Shown piece after piece: positions 25,471 through 39,900 of a stretch of 64,000 bases of DNA. A program made the position numbers and the translations under genes. Each line of letters begins with the position of its first letter. The stretch's first letter is position 1. The notes beneath the pieces are model-generated. The model made no database searches. It worked only from the letters and a program-made list of their open reading frames with translations, and had not been told where the DNA came from. Source of the stretch: Octopus vulgaris. Its lineage: Eukaryota. The stretch covers positions 54,560,001-54,624,000 of the forward strand of contig OX597814.1 in assembly GCA_951406725.2 (NCBI GenBank), read 5' to 3'.

Positions 25471-27099
25471 GTTTTGTCAGGGCATGCTTACGCGATTTCA
25501 TCTGTTGACTATACTATTCCATAAACTCTTTCAATTGCTAACAGCTGTTTCAATCTCACTTCGTTATTTACGATATCTCTCGCATTACTTCGAACTTATA
25601 ATCTGGTTGCACACAACTCCTCCTAGCTCTTATCCTTTTTTCAAAACTCTTTGTGCAGAGGTTGAATTGTTTGTTTCCTTCAACTATCCGCACTCTTTTA
25701 ATCAAATTCTATCGGCATCCCTACCAGATAAATGAATGCATCAAATAACCTTGATTTCTGCCGCAACTCAAAGCCCAACATTTACTCAACGAACACTACC
25801 TCTGTACTCATTGTACCGTCTGATCTCTACCTGATCAAGTCAACGCACTTTACATCCCAACATCACACAATAACCCTGCTCAAAACACCCTGGTACTTCT
25901 AGTCAGGTAGCATGTAGGGGCTTCGTTAGGTAATAAGTCAGGGTAGTAAGTCAGATCCGATACAGATAAGCAAGTGACTGAACCATCCTCTTAGCTTTGT
26001 CCCTTTACTTGAAGGCCACGCCCAAATAAATTTGTACTGCAAAAGTACGGTAAAAAACAAAACAAAACACATGGATGAAGTGACACACTTCTGATTGGCT
26101 CTGAAAATACCTCCAACTCTATACATTAACTGCTTGCTTCTATATACTATATACTGCACCTCAACGAAACGTATCCCAAACTTTCCTTCGCAACGCCTTT
26201 GTGTCATCGTAGCATACACTAAATGAAAAATCACTACCAGTAATTACAATTCTATCCAGCGATTGAACCCATTCCACTACATTCAAAAATGCATCCCAGA
26301 CTCTGTTCTCATTAAACTCTCAACTCTCACTACATTTGCTCCCACTTCGCCCTTTATCACTATTACAACAGCACTTTCTCCACTGAAATAACTATATGCA
26401 TACCCGCTTCACTGATACACTGCTTTTCTCCTCTACTTTTACTGTCTAGCACTTAACCGTCTTTCCCAGACATGCAAACCTCTGGAATTGCCCATGATTT
26501 GTCTATAAACATTGATTTGAATGTTAAGCAAAATTAAATGAAGTCACACAATCTTCATTATTAATAGGAAATGAAATTGTAAGAATTTACTAAGCAGGTT
26601 GCTAAGCGTAACTATGGGAGAATATATACAGATATACAGCAATATCTCTCAGAAAACTTTAGTGTGTTAATTTATCAAAGTTTATTGCTTAGAAAATTTG
26701 AAGTTAGCATGAAGTTAACAAGTGTATTCTCTGTGTGAATTTTTATTGCTCTAAGATCTCAGATTGCATCGTAATTTATTCAATTTAAAGCGAGTCATCA
26801 GGATCAATTGTTCTCCAGAAATTGAATATTTCAAGTACGAGGTTTTGACCTGAATGCACCCTTCTGGTTAGCGTTTCTTCTCACACTCATAAGTAGTCAA
26901 ATATCCATTGAACCTTTGATGAGTTTATCTTTTCTAGTCGGTTTACTAACAATAAATGAATAAATAAACGTACGATCTAATAGAAGTGTGTTAATAAACT
27001 GTTATGATGAAAGTTACGATGTCCCCTTGCGAGAGATAGACTGGTCCGAGTGAAGTATAAGTAGTAACGATCCGAGTGAGTTCAGAGTTCGGAATCGAG

Positions 27100-27535
27100 T
27101 TCGAAATTTGAACTCAGAACGTAAAGTCAGACGAAATACCTATTTCTTTACTACCCACAAGGTGCTAAACACAGAGGGGACGAACAAGGGCAGACAAACA
27201 GATTAAGTCGATTGTATCGACCCCAGTGCGTAACTGGTACTTATTTAATCGATCCCGAAAGGATGAAAGGTAAAGTCTACCTCGGCGGAATTTGAACTCA
27301 GAACGTAGCGGCAGATGAAATACCTATTTCTTTACTACCCACAAGGGGCCAAACACAGAGAGGACAAACAAGGACAGGCAAACGGATTAAGTCGATTACA
27401 TCGACCCCAGTGCGTAACTGGTACTTAATTCATCGACCCTGAAAGGGATGAAAGGCAAAGTCGACCTCGGCAGAATTTGAACTCAGAACGTAACGGCAGA
27501 CGAAATATGGCTAACGTTTCTGGCAGCTCGCCCTT
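27100..27535 (-). mobile_element. SINE family B with tandemly reiterated body
   Basis: AATTTGAACTCAGAACGTA occurs three times (about 27105, 27289, 27474), with CCGAAAGGATGAAAGG..AAGTC.ACCTCGGC cores. Confidence 0.85.
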
Positions 27536-27559
27536 TCAACTTGTTAAATAATAGAAAAC

Positions 27560-28560
27560 ATTTTAGCTTCCGTAGTACAGTTGCAAAAGCAACAAGAGAA
27601 GAAACAGGAGTTACAGAAGCAGCTATTACAGCAACAATTATTGGGTCTATATTCAAAGAAGTCCAAAAATGAGGTAAGTTCGTTTTCGCCAGACGGCGTT
27701 TCGAACTCGCTTAATAAATTCATTTATAATCCATAGGAAGGTATAATTTTAACGTACTACAGAAGGTATGAGAGGATTTTTAAGCAAGATTGCAAATCAT
27801 GGTCGGACGAACAAAATGTGAGATTGTTATTGTGAAAATTAACTCTGTTAGAGCATGAACATTACTGTAATTTCAAATTGCCCCCAAAACCCAATGAAAT
27901 TTGTTTTAAAGAAACAATAGAATTACTGTCGAACATATCTCTCTCTATATAAACGGCAGTTTGTCTGTGTGTGTTTCTGTGTCTCTGTTTGGTTGTACCC
28001 TCACTCTGACCACGGCTTTCAACCGATTCTGATGAAACTTGACACACACATAGCCCAATGTCATAATTCAAAACTAACGCAGCGAAAATTTTGAAAAGTT
28101 CCCCCAGTTCTGAAAAAGATCGATAAATTCGACATGGGGTCGACAATCAGAAACACAAACCACAGATGGTCTAGGGGACGCAACTCGACCTTTTTAACTA
28201 TAAAAAAAAATTTACCATAATTTTTTTTCCCATTTTTTTTCTATTTTTTGGCTATAACTCTCTAAAAATGCTTTATAGTTATTTCCCTTACAAACCCGAG
28301 CAACGCCGGGCGATACTGCTAGTTCAGGGATAAAACTTCTCTAACACTCGAATGAAATGTTGAAATATAACGGAAAAAGAGAATACGTAGGAACAGTCAA
28401 CAGGATGTGTGAAAGTTTTAAACTTAAAGAGCTTACACCTGAGCTGTTCAAGTATCTTATTCTCGTACAAGGCCTTACAGCAAGCCAAGATACAGAAATT
28501 CGGGTAGGGATTCTTTCTATATTGGAACAAATGAACGAAGATCTAACCTTTTCAGCCGAC
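27560..28560 (+). mobile_element. Ty3/Gypsy gag remnant (K02A2.6/Mag-like), split by a Helitron-like insert
   Basis: YYRRYERIFKQDCKSWSDEQNVRLLL*KL...HEHYCNFKLPPKPNEICFKETIELLSNI | FRDKTSL...YVGTVNRMCESFKLKELTPELFKYLILVQGLTASQDTEIRVGILSILE follows the gag N-terminal pattern of invertebrate Gypsy elements. Confidence 0.8.
27938..28322 (+). mobile_element. Non-autonomous Helitron-like element
   Basis: Inserted at A|T with no TSD. 5' TC; 3' imperfect hairpin CCCGAGCAACGCCGGG followed by CTAG. Removing it rejoins the gag reading frame (AAC ATA | TTC AGG). Confidence 0.85.
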
Positions 28561-30199
28561 TTTCTTAGATCGTTGTGATTCATGTTCGGTTATCAAATTT
28601 CCTACTGTTGCAGAAAGATATTTGATAGCTATATAAAGCAGTTCAATCAAATACATTGAAGATCCTTCATTTGACTTTTGTAATTTATGTGTGCAATGAA
28701 TCTGGAAAATTGCTTACCACTAGGATGCGTGTGAAGTTTCGAAAAGCAATATTTGAGAACACCCCCTTTTGTTACAAGATAAAGTGAAAATAATTGTAGC
28801 GACCTATGTTGGAAAAATGAGCTTAATTTATGTAGCCCTTGACGCTTCCATTCTATATGCTACTCTGTATATTATCAGTAGATAATATATATCAAAAAAT
28901 TGGAAGCACAAACATAACTCTTATTAAACAAACCTTTGATCAAATGGCATCCCAACCGTCATTATCCTCTCTTCTTTTGCTTTTCAGATGCGGTGTCTTG
29001 TATCACATCATTGAATGTGTTCTTTTATTAAAAAAAAAGGTTATGATGTGATTTGGGGACAATTTGACTGTCATTTCTAGCAGGCTGACTGACATTTGAA
29101 GACTTCCTTATCTTTGTAATATTTAATTTGTTTAATTTGTACATGAATTGATGACTAAAGCCCTACTTAACTATTTTGAAATACATAGTTTATAGGCTTT
29201 ATTACCATGCTTTTGCTGATAATAGATAAGAGAGGAGGAAGAGGAGAGAGAGAGAGAGAGGGAGAAAGAGAAAGAAAGAAAGTGAATGAGAAAGGGAAAT
29301 GTAATAAAAATGAGAGATAGAAAGATTGCTTTATTTTGTGGAATGATGGGTTAACATTTGACGAATGATGAGTTGGACATTAACAAATAAAGCAATTTTT
29401 CCCAGCTGAAGTGATGACTATATGTAACCATGGAGTCATGAATTATACATAATGACAATAATGAGAATAAGAGCTATTATCATTATGTTTATTGGAAAAT
29501 ATATCTCATTTCAATCGTAACTCCACTGACTCTGGTGGATTAGAATCTCATTCGATTCTCAAACATTTCACCTGTCTCTTCTTGTGGTTCGAATTTCATC
29601 TCATCAATCCAATTATTTCGTTAAATCCCAGATGTGATTATTTATGGTAAGTTGAACGCTCATGATAGATGGTGATTTTAAATGGACAATTGGATACAAA
29701 TGGAAAATCTAGCAGAAAAAAAAAGACAAAGCAATCTGTGATACACTGGACTTTGATACCCTGAATTTTGATCTGTAGTACACTGAACTAACAAGAGTTC
29801 CAGTCTCTGAAAATAAAATTTCTACTCCTTCACTCTCCATGAGTACAAACATTACACTTCGAGCATTTCGATATTCAACCAGTTAGATTGGAAAATGTTG
29901 ACTAACTTACCTTTAGAGCGGTTTCTGATCATTGTGACAATGAAAACTGTACCTGAACAAGTTACTGCATCAAGCAAAACCTTTATAAATATGAGAATAG
30001 CCATATGCAAATTATTCTAAACTTAATCCGAAAACAGATTTTTGGCTATCATTTTCTTGGATTATATGTCTAGATGAGAACATTTTCTACAAAACTATTT
30101 AAAACCGCAAAGAAAAGTACTCGAGCAGGACAAAAAACCCAAACAAAGTCATTCATGGTAGAGGAAACCAAGGTAGCAAGGCTCTTTCAAAGAATGCAA

Positions 30200-31750
30200 C
30201 CAATTCAAGGATAAATAAACAAAACTTTCAAAATGGAATCAGTTAAAGGATAAATAAGCAAAACTTTCAAAATAAAAGCAGAGAATTCCAGATGATGTCC
30301 AGAATACATTTAGGCTTTACGATTTTGTACAAAGACTAAGAAACGATGGAAAGGGATGAAACAATTGAACAATCAAAGACTCTGAGCAATACTAGTTACT
30401 AATTCACAAAATTTGGCAAGCCAATTCAGCTCACAAACTTTGTGCACCAGTAAAATGACAGAAATGAAAGCATTAGATTTAAAGGAGAATAGGTAGAATA
30501 GGTAACAAAATAAAAAAAATAATTTAAGAGCTGAACGGCTTGACAGTTTGATTGTATGTTCCAGCTGATGAATCTTGGCAAGTTTAGTATCCTGCACAGG
30601 TCAACTATGATCATGTTTTTTTTATTCGAAAATTAAAATGCAGTTTATCCGGAAAAGTTCACACTGATTATTCCATTTATGAAGCTTGACAAAATGACTG
30701 ATCATTATTCAAACTAGTACCTCCTCTTAGTCTAATTGCAAACATTTTTAAGAGTGACGTCTACTCACAATCAATGCCTGTCTAAGCCTCCAGCCATAGA
30801 CTAAAGCCTCAACTTAGGTGCAATTGCTGCAGAATTCTATACTTATACAGTTGCTGTGACCTTAAACTTAATACAACAGAATCGTGAGGCTATGTATGTT
30901 TCCAAAGCACTGATTCGTGACAGTGAACAACTCTGCAGATAATTTTACATATTTTTTATTCAAATATTTTCCCATGCTTCGTCACCAATAGACTGAACAA
31001 ATGTCCGCTCAACCTGATTAGAAGTTTTGAAGGCAGAAAATTGCAACGCTCAACACCCCAAATCAATTGTAAACTTGTTCAACCGCCAAATTTTCCCTTT
31101 TCATTATCACCAGCAAAAGCTTCTGGTCACGTAATATCTCTGGTGTAAACACTTGAGACACTATTTGCTAGTGTTACTTTTCTCATCATTCTGAAGGAAT
31201 GATAGGTTGTGCTCAACAAAGAAACAACATTTTAAAAGATTGGATAGCAGCACTTGAAAACAGGACAGGTTCATACTTATAGAAATCTACAAAGTAATTC
31301 ATTGGCCGATTCCTGTTAGTTCAAACATAATGTAGGGCAGATACAGCACAAAAAATACAATTCATTCAAAATTCAGTTTTTTGACACCTCTCAGGCATTT
31401 ACAAAATTGCATCTGGACACCATCTGCACTATGAGATAAAAATGCTGAAAGTACAATCACACTCATACTTTCTGCCTTCAAAGGACTATGCTCAATGACA
31501 ACAAAAGTCTCTCATATTATCAGTTATGAACAAATAAATAATGAAACCAACTCTATTCACAAAATTCAATTAAAAACGTATGTAATTTAGAAATATGTCA
31601 ACAGCGGAAAATCAAAAGATGACTGAAAAAAGTAAACAAAAATTCCAGTATATGGTGGTTGAAGATACAATTCGAGGATACTTCATATCAGAGAAAGTGC
31701 TTCTTCAACAATATCCTTCTATTTCTTCTATTCAGCTTGGGCAAGCATAA
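30200..31750 (+). mobile_element. Highly decayed LINE ORF2 remnant
   Basis: Around 30600-30740 the sequence loosely follows the IFNxSL..G..P..WK...PIxK...NYRPISL pattern. No intact frame; boundaries are approximate. Confidence 0.35.
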
Positions 31751-34030
31751 TGAAAGTCCACGTGATAGGAAACCGTTGTATCAGTTTTCGTCACCATTAC
31801 ATATATCTTTAACTTTGTCGATACTTTCAGGTTCTCCTCTTTGTATAACGAAATCTGATTTCTGAAGACAAAGTGTACTAATTTTTTATGTTCCCAAATA
31901 CATTACATATACTCAGTTTTATCAATATATAGAATGAAATGGTTTAAAAAATTCGTCCATGGTGAAGTTTGAGAAAGCAGAACCTTTCTGGTTTTCAACT
32001 TCTCAGCTTCCCCAATAATACAACAAAACGCTATCAGCCGTAGAACAAATGATTTTACTCAATTGTTTCACCTCTCAGTTGATGTCGGTTCACTAAATCT
32101 TTATCTCCAATCTCTTAACAAAGACATTGATGTATTCCTTTCTATACTTTTGAGGATTTCTGCTATTGTAAAATATGAACAGTGAATCGATTTAGTTCTT
32201 AGCTGATGCGATTTCGTTTCTCCACTTCCCTTAGGAATAAATGGAAATCGCAATAATACATTTCACAAAAAACAACTAGCCACAACTCTAGAAGGTTTAC
32301 TTTTCTTGTTGGTTATGGGAGTTGGCATTGGAACTTTATATACTACCAACAGCGAAACCAATTAATGTGCAGAGAAAAGACAAGCTCTAGTTCAAGGAAA
32401 CTAGTAATAGTCTGAATAAGCAAAAACAGTTTAAATCATATTTTAAGATATAAAATCAAAGAAACGAAATAATTATCATGTTAAGAAAGAAGAGATTTCA
32501 TGTATTTGAATCAAAATTATTTTTGTGTTTAAAAATTATCGTCGTAGATAAAATAAAAACAAAACAAAACAGTAACCTGTATTCATGAAGTATTCTTTTT
32601 ATCAATAGTGATATACCGATTGTTGGAATTAAAAGAAGCTATTAAAAACTTAACATAATCAATTTTGTCAACCCTCGATTCAAGCAGTTTTCAATTATTC
32701 TTTGTAGCCATATATTAGTCCCTTATTTAGTTAAACAGCCATAGATTTATAAAGGGACTTACGTTAATGTCCTTTTCGCCTCACAGATTAAAAGAAGAAA
32801 TTGGTTTCACCAAGCAGTGGGAAATGGTTCGTAGTCTTGAATTGTCGATTATCTTTTGCTAATAGTACAGGTCGAAACTATGTTCACGTTGTTGTGTTGT
32901 TATTGTAAAACCTTTTTATAGGATTAGAAGTTTGAATTTATGCAGTTGCTTGTTTCCTGTTGCACTGAGCTGTGATTTTAATTACTACTCGATTGTAATA
33001 CAGCTACGTAAATATTGCGTCAGTAAATGGGTGAATATGGTCCTAATTAAAATCTGTATATATAAACCAGCTACTTTCGTCCATTGCTCTCCGTCTTCTG
33101 TTTAGATGACAAATTGGAAATATGTCAAAATTCGTCTGACACGACATATTTTTCTGATGATATTCGAGGTGATTTAGTGCAAATGCATTTATTTATGTAA
33201 TTTCAAGTTAGGAAGTGGGGAAACTTGTTTATTTTTATGAAAAATACATATATTATTAATGTTATGATATAGTTTTCGTCAAAAGTTCCTATGAAAAGCT
33301 GACCATTTAATTAGATATCACTTAATTGATTTGAACTCTTTAACTGTAATAAGAAGAACGGGGCCATATCATTTAGGCAAACCTCGAGAGAATGAAACTC
33401 AGAATTACAATATTTCTAAGTAAATATTTGTTATATCATCATTAAATAAGAAGCGTTAGTACAAATCCCACTAGATAACACGTAGTGAAACTTAAACCTT
33501 TTAGTAAAGTGTTGATTAAATTTAATCCGTCTGCCATACGTACCACACAGAGCTAGCTAAAACGGTCGTAAACGAATGACACCATCACATAGTGAAACTC
33601 TACTCAATAGGGTAGACACTAGTAATGTGAACATCATTGTAAATTAATAATGCTGACTTTCAAAGATTTCATGATCGTTTCATAATACAAAGGTCTTAAT
33701 CAAGTCATTCCTCAGTCTGGTTAAAACATGGAAAATGGGTTATTTCTTAGTATTTTCTTTTCTCGTTATTACAAATTTCTAATTTACTCTTCTTCCTGTA
33801 AATCATGCCCCTAAATGTGGAGTTTTCGGAGCTGATGAGTATTTTCAACTGAACAATGTTCTGGCTCATGGTTATTGCACGAATATCAGTTAATTGTTAC
33901 GCTAAAGTTGTTCTGTTTGCTCCTATGACATTAGCTTCTATTAGTCTATTTGGTTTCGGTTTCTAACTCATTTCAAAGTAGACTGGGAGTGGATTAAGAC
34001 ATTTCAGGTTTGCACACACACACACACACA

Positions 34031-34065
<35 letters not shown>

Positions 34066-34242
34066 TTTCACACACGCGCACATGCGCACACGCGCACACA
34101 TACGCATACACGCACACACACATACATACATATACACATATATATATATGTATGCATATATAGTACAGAGCAATAAATGACAAAAGAATAGTAGTTACGT
34201 AATCGCCTTCATCAGTTTACATGTTATATATATATATATATA

Positions 34243-34588
34243 CAGTAGTACCTCGGTTTTCGAACAATTCTGATCACGAATAAATCGTGCTTTATATATA
34301 TGTATATATATATATATATACTTACTATAAGGTGAGCACTAGTGTGTACGTACGCCGCTATATGTATATGTAAATATATAAAATTGGAACAAAAAAACGC
34401 AATGGAGGACAATAAAACATTCGGACAGATAGACGATACAAAGGCAGACAGGAGAAACAAGAATTAGAAGGACAGGGAAAAAAGGACGGGTTATTCGTGG
34501 CCTTCTTTCTTCAGTCAAGTTACCAGATGTCCTTACTAAAGCACAATTTATCCGTGATCAGAGGCATTCGTAAACCGAGGTACTACTG
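34243..34588. mobile_element. Tigger/pogo-type MITE with an unrelated internal insert
   Basis: TA|CAGTAGTACCTCGGTTT...AAACCGAGGTACTACTG|TA; imperfect inverted arms of about 50 bp. Confidence 0.85.
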
Positions 34589-34610
34589 TATATGTATGTA
34601 TGTATGTATG

Positions 34611-34649
<39 letters not shown>

Positions 34650-35079
34650 ATATATATATATATATATATATTGGGAGAGAGAGAGAGAAAGAGAGTGAAA
34701 GAGATATATAGAAGGATAGGGGAAGAGAGAAAGAAATTCGCTTCATATGTGCAAAAGAATAGATTATTTGTCTAATTCGCTTTCCATTGAAAAAACACTA
34801 AACAACTGTTAGAATGATTCAGAGAATATAAATTCGACCACAGAATGAAAAAGAGTATTTTTGATCCATTGTAATAAGATTGTAAAGATGGTATTCTCAC
34901 TTCTGAATATCTCTTTTACCATCTCCTGGTGATATACTGCATTTCAATATTTACGTGTGTATTGTAGTAAAATATTCAAAGGCGTTTAACACACATTTTA
35001 TAATTTCTAATTTTGTCAAACGATTTAGCATATTTCAAAACTCGAAATTGGCAGTGAATTTTCTTGTTCTGTTAATGGT

Positions 35080-35469
35080 GAATTAATGCAGAACTTACAG
35101 TACTTGTACTCTGAGAATAAATTCCCCTTTGTACCTATCATCATTGGTGCATTAGGCTATATATCTACACATTTACACAAAAATCTAGAAATACTAGGTT
35201 TTTCGAAGAAGGAGCTAAACAAACTGACATGGATACTCCAAACCCAATCTATTAGTGGCACGGTGAAGATTTGCAAGACATTCTAAAGATTCTCCATTTG
35301 AGTTCTTTAGGTGAATAAATGGACACAATTGGTTGTGTGCATCGACAGTTTAACCAACACACCAACTCAACCACATATTTATAAACAGCGGGAACTCTCT
35401 TGACTCAAAAAGTCTTGTTGCCGTTGTTAATAACTGGCTTGTAATCAGGAACTTAAATAAAACTCAAAG

Positions 35470-35470
<1 letters not shown>
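35080..35470 (+). mobile_element. 3' end of an RLE-type (R4/NeSL/CRE-like) non-LTR retrotransposon
   Basis: FVPIIIGALGYISTHLHKNLEILGF...LQTQSISGTVKICKTF* matches the C-terminal PIxIGALG motif after the restriction-like endonuclease domain. Confidence 0.7.
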
Positions 35471-35513
<43 letters not shown>

Positions 35514-36585
35514 CAATCTTCCTCACACTTTTTGTCTATAAAATTTGCTTACAAAACATTGGCCGGCCCGGGGCTATAGTAGAAGAGGCTTTCCCAAGGT
35601 GCAGAATGGATATTACTCGAAACCACATGGCTGGAACGCGAGCTTCGTAACCATACATCCATTTTCATATAATTTCAATAAATTACCACAAATTCGCTAA
35701 GTATGAATCTTAGGCATTTTACATTAGGACTAAAACTCGGATAATAATTATACACCTGAAAAAGAAAATCTTTCTATAAGCGATCATAATTTTAATCTTA
35801 GTTTCGAATTGGTATTCCTCATTTTCATAGCCTGACGACTGAGTAAGAGGCTTAAGCTTTTAATTATGCGAGAGATTTGTCACATGAAAATCAAAACAAT
35901 ATCCAAATTAGATCTCAGTAAATTTTCTTCATAATATCATCATTGTATTCTTGTTATTCAATTATTGAAATGCACAATGCACGCTTGTTGGCAACCATAT
36001 TTCTGTGCCATTAGCGTTACATTGTTTTTGAAGAAAATAATTCAACGAAGCAGTTTGTGCGTTGATAATAAAATAAACAAGTACAAAGGAAAAACTGAAT
36101 GTCTCAAAATCGAAGACAATTTATTGGAAAAAAATCTACTAGTAAAGTTTTGATATTTTCTCGTTGGACATTAATAGTGCACTAGACGATTTATTTGGGT
36201 GAGTTTTCTTTCTTTAAATAGCACCATGTTTGTTCGTTTGTAAAGCATAAATTAATTTTATCAAAGCATTTGTTCGCAATTCATTTACACAAATTTTTAA
36301 TAGAGCTCACCACGTTTGTGTAAATTCCAAGTTCATCTCACTTTCCATTGTTTGTGAGTGTCTTTCTCGTTTCCTTCTTTTGCTGAGCCTTTGAAACCCT
36401 TCTCACTTTTAATTTAATTAAATTTTTGAACGATTCATTTCGAGAAATGAATTTTGATTGTTCTCTCATTTTTATCCGAAATGCATATTCATCTGGTTTT
36501 ATTAATATTGAATTTCTTTTTGCCAGTATGTGGTAACCATCATCATTGCATCATCATTATCTTTATTATAGTTATTATCATCATC

Positions 36586-36622
<37 letters not shown>

Positions 36623-38099
36623 CAAAAGATTTCGTAATTAAAATATCTGCTGTTTCGACACAAAAGCATATATGACTTTAAACTTCAAGTTGTTTTAACT
36701 AAAAGTGTTTTTCTTTAATAAACAAAGGCATGAAACACTTCTTCTCCGCCAATAACATTGCATTCAATAGAATTTTTTTATTTAAAAATTTTATTTAGTG
36801 AAAGTTGAAATACTTGTGAAATACTTATTTCTCCAGATGATCCTTTGTTTATTGACTTTTATTCCTAAGAAAATATTAATCGATTATCTAACTCCATTTC
36901 AAATAGAGTACTTATAGACTTTGCACAGATGATGATCGAAAATAGTAAAAATAATTTTAATCCATTGTAATCTTGTTCCGGATATATCATAGAAAGCTTC
37001 ATGGATTTAACGCATATGATACATTTCTTGTAAGGCACCTGATTCAACTTAAATTATGAAATCACTAATCTTTATTGATACAGATTTGAACAGTTTGCAC
37101 GTATATAGGTGCGGGAACATACTCACACACAGATGTGTGTTTATAAATGTATGTATACATGGCAGTGTTACGCATGCGTTTTTCTTCTTGTAGTCACACC
37201 ATACATTAGACTGTATGAGTGACAGGTGTAAATTTACTGGATAACTTAAATGAAACAAATCACAGCGATTAGAATCTGTCATCTTAGTGCCAGTCTCATT
37301 TCAATAATATTTTTCATTTCCAAGAAATCAATATTAAACGTCTCCCCCCCGCCTCACCACCACGAAAAATGTATGAAATCAATACTTTTTCTCAGTTTTG
37401 AAAAGGAAAATGAAGTAAAAGCATAACATTTTTTCCAAGTAATAAAATATAACAAAAAAAATAAAGAAAAAAAAGAAAAAGAATCCATCAGTATCAACAA
37501 CAGCAACAGCAATGATAGTGCAATTACAATAGAAGCGAGTGGTGAGATATTTCAAAAAAGGGATGTCAATATTGCATATTAATTCTCATTACAGATGAAA
37601 ATATAATGAAAAAAAAATTTTTAGTTTTGAATAGAAAGGAAAATTCTTAGTCAATCATAAAAGGATAATTCTCATGAAAATCGTTGTTATTCCTAAAGAG
37701 CAAAGAAGCCTTGTTTACAAGTTACATTCTATGAATATACGATCTACTGTATTCAAACACTATAACTAATATTCGAGAAAAGATTTTAATACATAGCAAG
37801 ACTGCTTATAAACAGCAATGTATTCATTAATTGATTGTCTTTATACAAGAGTGTAAGCATAAACAGAAATACTGTTTTGTGCATCATAAACGGAGACAGT
37901 TTTGTATGTTTACAGAGAAGTATCTGGTTGTTTGTGTCTGCACACTCATTTCCTTAGAGGCGAGGAGTCCCTAATTAAAATTACGTATTAAACATTCAAG
38001 GCAGAAACCTATGTTGCGGAATGAGTTTCATCAAGGTGGACTTATCGTTTATCACATTTAAATCATAATCGATTTCCAAAGAACATACACACACAAATC

Positions 38100-38177
<78 letters not shown>

Positions 38178-38538
38178 AATATACACACACACATTTGTGT
38201 GTGTGTATATGCTTATTTTTGGGGTGTGTATAATTTTCTAGCGTAAGGATTTTGATATTAGAAAATACTTTACTTAATAGCGTAGGTGAATTCAGCGTTT
38301 AATGATATTAATGATGTTTGGAACAGAACAACTTAGTATGTACGTACCATGAAATGTAGAAGGAAAAAAGGTGGGTCTTACGCGGTCTATCTATTGTTAT
38401 GGCCGATTATTAGAACTAGAATCAAAGTTTAGATGTAGCGAAGAAACATCGTATTGGCTTTGTCTCAAGTCTTCCAGATTCGTTTACTTAAATAGCGTTA
38501 TTAAAATCATTGAGAGCAAATGTACATATATGCATGCA

Positions 38539-38588
<50 letters not shown>

Positions 38589-39357
38589 TCTATATGCACG
38601 TGTGAGTATGTGTGTGTGTGCGTGCGTGTATTTATAAAACCTTTTAATCCATAGTGGTACTCAGAGTTTCATGATATCCGTCTTTGAATCGAATATTAAT
38701 CTTAGATCTTTGGATGGACGGATTTTACTAAATTGAATTGATGTGTCACTGAGCACAGAGAGGAAATTGTATTAGAAGACTTTTATAAATAAACACACAG
38801 ACACACACACACATACAAATACATACATATTTTAACTCTATAATTTTTACAGCGGGTGCTTGTGTTAGATGGAGAGAGCGAGGGCGACGGAGAGAGAAAG
38901 AGAGATTGTAAAAGAAATTGAAAGATATAGAGAGAGAAAAAAGAGAAAGGGAGAGAAAAAGAGAAGGAAAGAATTAAAGGTTCTGAGAAGGAACGAGAAA
39001 GGTAAAGAAAGAAAACATGTACATAGTAAGGATGCAAAATAAAATGTTAAAAAAAAATACATAGAATTAAAAAAAATATATCAAAAAATTTAAGAAACAA
39101 ATAGCGTCAAATTGACCCATCAGATAAAAAGGTTACTGTATTAAGTGTTTATGACATAATATGTAAGCAGAATGGTGAGATTAGGACAATATAGGTTCAG
39201 TGAAACTCAGTCCCCCCACTCTCCGTTTCTGAAATGTTGGTTGTTATATTGTAAGCGGTTAAGTGGGTGACCTTCCGTTTGCCTGTTCCTTTTGTGTCCC
39301 GTCTCTGTTTAGGGGTGTCTTGTATTGATACTTCTGTCGCAACTGGCTAATTTATAA

Positions 39358-39441
39358 TCACTTATAAATACAAGTCAGCTGCTTGAAATTCAGACAATCC
39401 AGAGCGGCACAGCCTAAATTCTCGATATCATCGGCCATAAT
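39358..39441 (-). CDS. CAP/SCP-superfamily gene, probable last coding exon
   Basis: Acceptor CTATTCCAG|; phase 0; IMADDIENLGCAALDCLNFKQLTCIYK* carries the GCA..C and xCxY C-terminal motifs of CAP domains. Confidence 0.85.
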   Translation of the reverse strand: MMADDIENLGCAALDCLNFKQLTCIYK

Positions 39442-39900
39442 CTGGAATAGACAGAGCAAAAGTGTGAGCAACTAAGACAAGGAGAGAGAAGGAGAGGGAG
39501 AAAGGGGAGGGGAAGAAAGAAGGACTGAGAGAGAGAAAGAAAGAATGATTAGGTCAACAAGAGGGAGAGTGGTATAGATTAAATAATGGTAAAGTGTGAG
39601 AATGAGGGATAGATATGATGATAGAGAAATAGAGAGAGTGAGGAAGAGAGAGAAAGAAAGTGAGAGAAAGATAAAGAGAGAGAGAGTAAGAGAGATGTAG
39701 ATAGAGAGAAATAGAGTGTCATGAGCCATAGTCTGGAATAGACAGAAAAAGAGTAACTAAGACAAGGAGAGAGAAAAAGAGAGAGGAGGAAGAAAGATGT
39801 ATTGAGAATGAGAAAGAGAGAATGATTGAGTCAACAAGAGGGGAGTGGTACAGAGTAAATAATGGTAAAGAGTGAAAATGAGGGATAGATATGAGGATAA
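39425..39900. repeat. About 290-bp tandem duplication covering the last splice acceptor of the CAP gene
   Basis: GCCATA.TCTGGAATAGACAGA...AACTAAGACAAGGAGAGAGAA...GTCAACAAGAGGG.GAGTGGTA.AGA.TAAATAATGGTAAAG.GTGA.AATGAGGGATAGATATGA occurs at about 39434 and 39725. Confidence 0.85.

Noticed and set aside
29905-29955. Minus-strand AAG|GTAAGT donor with a short open segment
   Set aside because: Isolated, with no partner exons or protein motif.
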